From contig NZ_CP034549.1 of NCBI RefSeq assembly GCF_003966335.1, positions 2,280,001-2,312,000 of the forward strand: 32,000 nt of DNA. The letters are read 5' to 3'. Positions 27,203-32,000 of this stretch are shown here, piece by piece. The notes beneath the pieces are model-generated. The model was not told the DNA's origin. It saw only the letters and a program-made list of their open reading frames with translations, and did not search any database. Source of the stretch: Nonlabens ponticola. Lineage in GTDB: Bacteria > Bacteroidota > Bacteroidia > Flavobacteriales > Flavobacteriaceae. Position 1 is the first letter of the stretch, and each line of letters begins with the position of its first letter. The translations under genes were made by a program, and so were the position numbers.

Positions 27203-27316
27203 ATGAAAGCTTCAACAACATTACACGAGACAAGAGAATTGATCAACAAGAGATTCCGTCCAGAGCGTACGTTCTCAGAGAATTGGAATACTCGTAGAAG
27301 ATATAGATTGGCTTAA
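27203..27316 (+). CDS. Candidate small basic protein (37 aa), MKASTTLHETRELINKRFRPERTFSENWNTRRRYRLA
   Basis: ATG-initiated ORF found by hand, below the ORF-track size cutoff. It is the only ORF in a 340-bp gap and is followed by a strong terminator. There is no homology evidence, so it could equally be part of a non-coding RNA. Confidence 0.3.
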   Translation: MKASTTLHETRELINKRFRPERTFSENWNTRRRYRLA

Positions 27317-27361
27317 ACCATGTTTATCTTCAAGATCATTCAAATGATCAACTTTCGTTAG

Positions 27362-27396
27362 AATCCTTTGTTACACTGACAAAGGATTTTTTTATT
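27362..27396 (+). terminator. Strong intrinsic terminator
   Basis: Perfect 10-bp stem AATCCTTTGT / ACAAAGGATT, 7-nt loop, then TTTTTATT. Confidence 0.75.
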
Positions 27397-27426
27397 GCTT
27401 TTAACTTGACTATTAGAGGATACGAG

Positions 27427-27434
27427 TACTTTTG
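27427..27434 (+). promoter_or_regulatory. Candidate -7 box TActTTTG for the PQQ-dehydrogenase/cytochrome c operon
   Basis: Exact TAnnTTTG match ending 15 nt before the ATG at 27450. A TTG lies 18 nt upstream of the box. Confidence 0.4.
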
Positions 27435-27449
27435 TTAAAACACTTTATC

Positions 27450-28646
27450 ATGAAGCATTTACCTCTAGTTGCCGCACTCGCTGCGCTACTTATTACTTCC
27501 TGTAAATCGGAACTAGAAAGTCGCGAGATCATAGCTTTAGAAGACTCACAGGACAGCACTTTCACGGCGACTGACGTCAATCAACGCGTACCAGATGTTT
27601 CTGATGTTGTACTTATCGATGATCAGGAAGATTATACCATCACACCTATCGTCGAGGATTTAAGCGTTCCTTGGGGTATGGATTGGCTACCTAACGGTGA
27701 TTTGCTTTACACAGAAAAACAAGGTGATCTCTACAGGTTTGACGGCACCACTTCTCATAAAATTGCAAACGTTCCTGAAGTTTATGTACGTGGTCAAGGC
27801 GGTTTGCTAGATGTCATTGTTCATCCGGACTTTTTTGCTAATAACACGATCTATATTTCTTATGCGAGCCAAGAAGGCGCTGGTTCTGGTGGTCATACCG
27901 CAATAGCGTCTGCTGTTCTTGACAGCGATCGATTGACTAATCTTAAAGTGCTCTACAAAGGAACTCCTAATACTACCAGAGGTCAGCACTTTGGAAGCAG
28001 ATTTGCCTTTGGCGATGATGGCAAGCTTTATTTTTCAATTGGTGAGCGTGGTGATCGCGATACAAACCCACAGGATATAACTCGTGATGGCGGTAAGATC
28101 TATCGTATAAATGATGATGGCAGTATTCCTGATGATAATCCGTTTGTCGACGCAACCGGTGCTAAAACAGCAATTTATACCTACGGTAATCGCAATCCAC
28201 AAGGTTTGTTGAGGCATCCAGTTACGGGCGAGATTATTGCTAACGAACATGGCCCTAAAGGCGGTGACGAGATTAATTACATCAAGAAAGGTGTGAACTA
28301 CGGCTGGCCTGTGATAAGTTATGGTATCAACTATGACGGCTCAGAATTTACCGACATTACTCAAAAGGAAGGAATGGCTCAACCTTTTTTCTATTGGGAT
28401 CCTAGTATTGCTCCATCAGGATTTGCAGTGATTGATAATGACTCCTATCGCGACTGGAATGGTAATTTTCTGGTAGGCAGTCTCAAGTTTCAATATCTAG
28501 AAATGCTTTATTTTGATGAAGATGGTGTAACAAAAAGAGAGAAGCTAGTGGATGGTATCGGTCGTTTACGCAATGTCAAGATGAGTCCCGATGGTGAGAT
28601 CTACATAGGTGTTGAAGGAAAAGGAATTTATAAAATTACTAGATGA
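27450..28646 (+). CDS. PQQ-dependent sugar (glucose/sorbosone) dehydrogenase family lipoprotein
   Basis: Lipoprotein signal MKHLPLVAALAALLITSC. Beta-propeller GSDH-family motifs PWGMDWLPNGDLLYTEKQG, GGLLDV, NRNPQGL, EHGPKGGDEIN and NYGWP. The start was moved to the ATG at 27450. Confidence 0.85.
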   Translation: MKHLPLVAALAALLITSCKSELESREIIALEDSQDSTFTATDVNQRVPDVSDVVLIDDQEDYTITPIVEDLSVPWGMDWLPNGDLLYTEKQGDLYRFDGTTSHKIANVPEVYVRGQGGLLDVIVHPDFFANNTIYISYASQEGAGSGGHTAIASAVLDSDRLTNLKVLYKGTPNTTRGQHFGSRFAFGDDGKLYFSIGERGDRDTNPQDITRDGGKIYRINDDGSIPDDNPFVDATGAKTAIYTYGNRNPQGLLRHPVTGEIIANEHGPKGGDEINYIKKGVNYGWPVISYGINYDGSEFTDITQKEGMAQPFFYWDPSIAPSGFAVIDNDSYRDWNGNFLVGSLKFQYLEMLYFDEDGVTKREKLVDGIGRLRNVKMSPDGEIYIGVEGKGIYKITR

Positions 28647-29089
28647 GAAACTTTTTTACCGTGAGCGCAATATGCGTGATTCTATTAATTAGCTGTAATA
28701 CAGCAAAAGATGAATCTGATAAGATAACTTCTCAAAAAGAAATAAAACAAACACCTCAAGACCCATTGAAGCAGAGTGTTGCACGCGGTCGCGAAATCTA
28801 CATGGAATTGTGTGCGACTTGCCATTTACCTAGCGGCAAAGGAGTCTCAGGAGCGTTTCCACCGCTTCATCCATCAGACTGGTTGACAGATAAACGTACG
28901 GAAAGTATTCACGCAGTCAAGTATGGATTGAAAGGTGAGATCATAGTCAACGGTCAACCTTACAATAATATCATGTTACCATTAGGATTGAGTGATGATG
29001 AAGTGCGCGATGTCATGAATTTCACCATCCAAACCTGGAATGAAGGAGAAATGGTAACGCTGGAAGAAGTTCAAGCGGTCACCAAGTAG
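28643..29089 (+). CDS. Class I c-type cytochrome (membrane-anchored or lipoprotein)
   Basis: Heme-binding CATCH with the distal ligand context NIMLPLG. N-terminal signal or anchor. The ATG overlaps the upstream stop (ATGA at 28643-28646). Confidence 0.85.
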   Translation: MRNFFTVSAICVILLISCNTAKDESDKITSQKEIKQTPQDPLKQSVARGREIYMELCATCHLPSGKGVSGAFPPLHPSDWLTDKRTESIHAVKYGLKGEIIVNGQPYNNIMLPLGLSDDEVRDVMNFTIQTWNEGEMVTLEEVQAVTK

Positions 29090-29304
29090 TATGCATGTGC
29101 GGTATGCGGTAAATTATAATAGCTGGCATAAAAGCAAAAACTTCTTTCTCTCACTAACTAGTCCTTTGACTAGCGTTGCCCTCATCACATAGAAATCACT
29201 GTTTCTGGAATATGTTTAGAAATAGGCATTTCAGCTCTGCCGTCACTTTAGAATTATCTTGATGTAGAAACATACTGTGATGTGTGTTTCGCTATAAAAC
29301 AACG

Positions 29305-29335
29305 CAAAAAAGCCCGAATAAATCGGGCTTCTTTG
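29305..29335 (-). terminator. Intrinsic terminator of the 112-aa gene
   Basis: Stem AAGCCCGA (29310-29317) / TCGGGCTT (29323-29330). On the minus strand it is followed by a T6 run. Confidence 0.65.
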
Positions 29336-29352
29336 ATATCTGTTACATACGA

Positions 29353-29691
29353 CTACTCGTACACTTTCTCCTTACCGTGGTGCTTACATAACATGTAGTA
29401 AATTACCGCTCGGTACTTTTTATTATTGCTCTTACCGTATTTCTCTACAACGGCCTCTACAGAATCCATTAGATTGTCTCCAGACAAACCTAGCTTTTTC
29501 TTCAAATAATTGTCTACTACACGTTGCATCTCAGATTTCTCCGCGCTAATTGTTTCGGCATCTTGCTTGTAAATTGATGGACCTAGACCTTGCGTTACTT
29601 TTCTCAATAATCCTACATCTAGATCATCTCCTACATTAGTTTTATAAGCATCTATGTACTTACCAACTTTTTCGTCTAATTTGCTACTCAT
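29353..29691 (-). CDS. Conserved-looking hypothetical protein (112 aa)
   Basis: Open frame with an ATG start and its own terminator. Helical, Lys-rich sequence. No function can be assigned from sequence alone. Confidence 0.65.
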   Translation of the reverse strand: MSSKLDEKVGKYIDAYKTNVGDDLDVGLLRKVTQGLGPSIYKQDAETISAEKSEMQRVVDNYLKKKLGLSGDNLMDSVEAVVEKYGKSNNKKYRAVIYYMLCKHHGKEKVYE

Positions 29692-29755
29692 AATAAATCG
29701 GGTTTTTGCTTGATTAATTACCTAAAAATAAAGAAAATACCATAGAATCAAAACT

Positions 29756-31426
29756 TTATTTGAGGTATTGGAAATACTTTAAGAGTATCTCATCATTGAC
29801 GGTACGTGGTGTGAATATTTCAAGCAACTGTGGTCGATTGTTGCAGGATGATAGTGATTTGTAAGCTTTCGCGAAAGCTAACTCATTATCAACACTATGG
29901 TAGTCAAGTCCATGCATGTCACACAATTGCCTCGCAGTAAGCTGGTGCACCGTTTCAAAATAAGTATTGAAGTAATCCTCGTTTTTCTCACCTGGCAAAA
30001 TTCTAAAAATGCCGCCACCACTATTATTAATGACGATAATTTTCATGTCTCGCGGTATGTAGTTATTCCATAGAGCGTTTGAATCGTAAAAAAAGCTCAA
30101 ATCTCCTGTGATTAAAAAGGTCCTATTCTTAACAGCTGTTGCCGCACCTATGGCTGTACTGGTACTACCATCGATACCACTCGTACCGCGATTTGAAAAT
30201 ACCGTATGACTTGCATTCATTGGAAAAAGCTGTGCATACCTGATGGTGCTGCTATTACCCAATTGCAAAGTGATATCGTCAGGTAGCGCATTGAATAAAA
30301 GTTCAAAAACCTTAAGATCACTCCACGGTATCTGTGCCAGATAATCAGGGCGCTTACTCAAATATGTGCGGAATTTGCCTAACCACTGCTGCTGGTAGTC
30401 ACTAGAAATAGTATTCTCTGGTAATTTATGAATCCACTCACTAGGAGCTATCTTGATGTGTGCGGCTAGTTTGAAGAAGGTATCGTAAGCACGACGACGA
30501 CCTATATGATAATGTATCCTCGTCTCAAACCTGCGCAAATACTGTTTAACCTTTTTGCTCACGATCATGCCTCCTATGGTAATCACAAGGTCTGGTTGTA
30601 GCGCAGCAATCTCACCATCGTCAAATTCTATAGGCGCGATAAGTGTATCAATTCCCCAAACCAGCTTATCATGTACCACGTTGCTACTTACCTCACTCAT
30701 AACGAGAACGCTAGGATCTGCCGTAAGTTTATCTAAATCTTCTTTTGTAAACACTGGTGGATTTAAGGTAGAAAGTATTACTAGTTTGCGGCTGGCACTA
30801 CTCCACTGTTCATAAAATTCATCTGGAATAACCGTACGTTCCTGCTTGAGAACGTCCATTACTTTTACATCAAGATTATAATCCTTTATCGTATTATAAA
30901 GCGGTTCCTCAAATGGCACATTGATATGCACTGGACCGTATTTTGACAAGCAATTATTGAGAGCTCTATTGATTTTTCGCTCGTTTGTCACAAGATGTTC
31001 TTGATTGCTGGGATCGTTGATGATCTCTAGTTGCGTGTCATAAATGATGTGTTTGCCGTAAACGTTCTTTTGCTGGATAGTCTGCCCATCACCTATATCA
31101 ATTTTATGCGGTGGCCTATCGGCGCTTAAAATAATGAGTTGAATCTCACTGTAATAAGCCTCTGCAACTGCTGGGTAATAATTGAGTAATGCGCTACCGC
31201 TGGTGCATAAACAAGCCACTAGCTCTTGCAGCTGTTGAGCAATACCTAAAGCAAAATGTGCAGCGCAGCGCTCGTCAACAATACTGTAACAGGTGAAAAA
31301 ATCATCTGATGTAAAACCTATCGTTAGCGGCGCGTTGCGAGATCCAGGTGATATCACGATGTGCTTGACGCCACGTTTCTTGAATAATAAGAGAATTTGT
31401 TGGGCGTGCGGTATGCTAGTAGTCAT
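29756..31426 (-). CDS. menD: 2-succinyl-5-enolpyruvyl-6-hydroxy-3-cyclohexene-1-carboxylate (SEPHCHC) synthase
   Basis: 556 aa ThDP enzyme. N-terminal ISPGSRNAPL, and a ThDP-binding region GTSGIDGSTSTAIGAA...GDLSFFYDSNAL...NNSGGGIF. Confidence 0.93.
   Translation of the reverse strand: MTTSIPHAQQILLLFKKRGVKHIVISPGSRNAPLTIGFTSDDFFTCYSIVDERCAAHFALGIAQQLQELVACLCTSGSALLNYYPAVAEAYYSEIQLIILSADRPPHKIDIGDGQTIQQKNVYGKHIIYDTQLEIINDPSNQEHLVTNERKINRALNNCLSKYGPVHINVPFEEPLYNTIKDYNLDVKVMDVLKQERTVIPDEFYEQWSSASRKLVILSTLNPPVFTKEDLDKLTADPSVLVMSEVSSNVVHDKLVWGIDTLIAPIEFDDGEIAALQPDLVITIGGMIVSKKVKQYLRRFETRIHYHIGRRRAYDTFFKLAAHIKIAPSEWIHKLPENTISSDYQQQWLGKFRTYLSKRPDYLAQIPWSDLKVFELLFNALPDDITLQLGNSSTIRYAQLFPMNASHTVFSNRGTSGIDGSTSTAIGAATAVKNRTFLITGDLSFFYDSNALWNNYIPRDMKIIVINNSGGGIFRILPGEKNEDYFNTYFETVHQLTARQLCDMHGLDYHSVDNELAFAKAYKSLSSCNNRPQLLEIFTPRTVNDEILLKYFQYLK
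29865..29878. repeat. Copy of the 14-bp palindrome, inside menD
   Basis: Exact match (AGCTTTCGCGAAAGCT). Read as AFAKA in NELAFAKAYKSL. Confidence 0.95.
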
Positions 31427-31740
31427 TGTGTAAAAATAGTCGAGCCACCTAGAGCAAACGAGCTTTTTATGAAATGACTAACGATTTGAATATTGCAGCT
31501 TTAAGATAATCTTTAGAAGTTTATACATGCTTTTTAGAAAACAATAAGGTTTGTAAGAGATTAAATACATTAGCTTAGTAAGAAAAATCACATGCTTCTT
31601 CCATTCAAATTTATTGCGTTCTATACCGTGATAGGTTTATTGAGATTAGGCTATGGTATTGCTAAGGTTAAAGGATATTTGGGGCACTTATTAATGATTA
31701 TCAAAATATGATCTGAACATTACTTGGTCATCAGTTCCCT

Positions 31741-32000
31741 TCACAATAATCTGGACATAATACGTAGTTTATTTTCAGTTTCCTGGTATTCCGCTATCGG
31801 ATCACTCATCGCGGTGATGCCGCCACCTGCATATAGCGATATTTGATTCGCTTCAATTTTCATACAGCGCAAATTGACAAAGTATTTTGCTTCTTGCCCT
31901 TTGGGCTGTACTATACCTAAATAGCCTGTATAGAAGGAACGATCATAATTTTCATGATCTCTTATAAAATCCAGAGCAAGATCTCGAGGAACTCCACAAA
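31741..32000 (-). CDS. menF: Isochorismate synthase, C-terminal fragment (runs off the window)
   Basis: Hand translation of the minus strand gives ...CGVPRDLALDFIRDHENYDRSFYTGYLGIVQPKGQEAKYFVNLRCMKIEANQISLYAGGGITAMSDPIAEYQETENKLRIMSRLL*. This matches the chorismate-binding-enzyme C-terminal pattern (R..Y.G..G, LRC, Y.GGGI...S.P..E..ET..K). Adjacent to menD. Confidence 0.8.
   Translation of the reverse strand, partial: CGVPRDLALDFIRDHENYDRSFYTGYLGIVQPKGQEAKYFVNLRCMKIEANQISLYAGGGITAMSDPIAEYQETENKLRIMSRLL

Noticed and set aside
29090-29304. ~215-bp ORF-free stretch between the cytochrome c stop and the terminator of the 112-aa gene, with a short hairpin CTAGTC-CTTT-GACTAG near 29158-29173.
   Set aside because: The hairpin is short and has no T-run. 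I saw no promoter box or repeat. It is probably just the 3' UTR or spacer of convergent genes. Transcriptome data would be needed to say more.
1-32000. Search for CRISPR arrays, IS or transposase genes, integrases, phage genes, toxin-antitoxin pairs or known defence-system signatures.
   Set aside because: None found. All long ORFs are accounted for by housekeeping or regulatory functions, and the only repeats are the short ones reported above.

Overview
The window reads as an AT-rich chromosomal segment from a Flavobacteriia-type (Bacteroidota) genome. That assignment is an inference from three things: TAnnTTTG -7 promoter boxes, a BlaR1-type M56 peptidase fused to a TonB C-terminal domain, and the general character of the proteins. 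Most of the window is core housekeeping. On the minus strand, pdxH, a sixA-like gene, ppk1 and ppx form a translationally coupled operon. Next come tRNA-Ser and tRNA-Pro and a 7TM-HD phosphohydrolase. Thiolase and an NlpC/P60 peptidase follow on the plus strand. gyrA plus a TPR protein lies divergent from a clpC-like gene. Two tandem paralogous genes of unknown function are followed by nnr, gcvT, an RmlD-like reductase and a cytoplasmic multi-PAS histidine kinase. The menaquinone genes menB, menD and a partial menF are split by a roughly 6 kb block. That block carries two small unknown genes, a blaI/blaR1-like pair, a small ORF or sRNA candidate, a PQQ sugar dehydrogenase coupled to a cytochrome c, and one more small unknown gene. 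I found no rRNA, CRISPR array, transposase, integrase or recognisable defence system, so by gene content this is an ordinary region. The most unusual signal is at the DNA-word level. A 14-bp perfect palindrome, GCTTTCGCGAAAGC, occurs six times perfectly and once as a 13/14 match. All four coding copies sit in the same codon phase (Ala-Phe-Ala-Lys), and all three intergenic copies sit 34-105 bp upstream of a start codon. Secondary signals are an (AGTATTC)x6 tandem repeat abutting a stop codon, a triple AACTAA-N4-TTAGTT operator array bracketing the blaI -7 box, and an 11-bp direct repeat flanking a single small gene. Function calls come from motif recognition only. No database search was possible.
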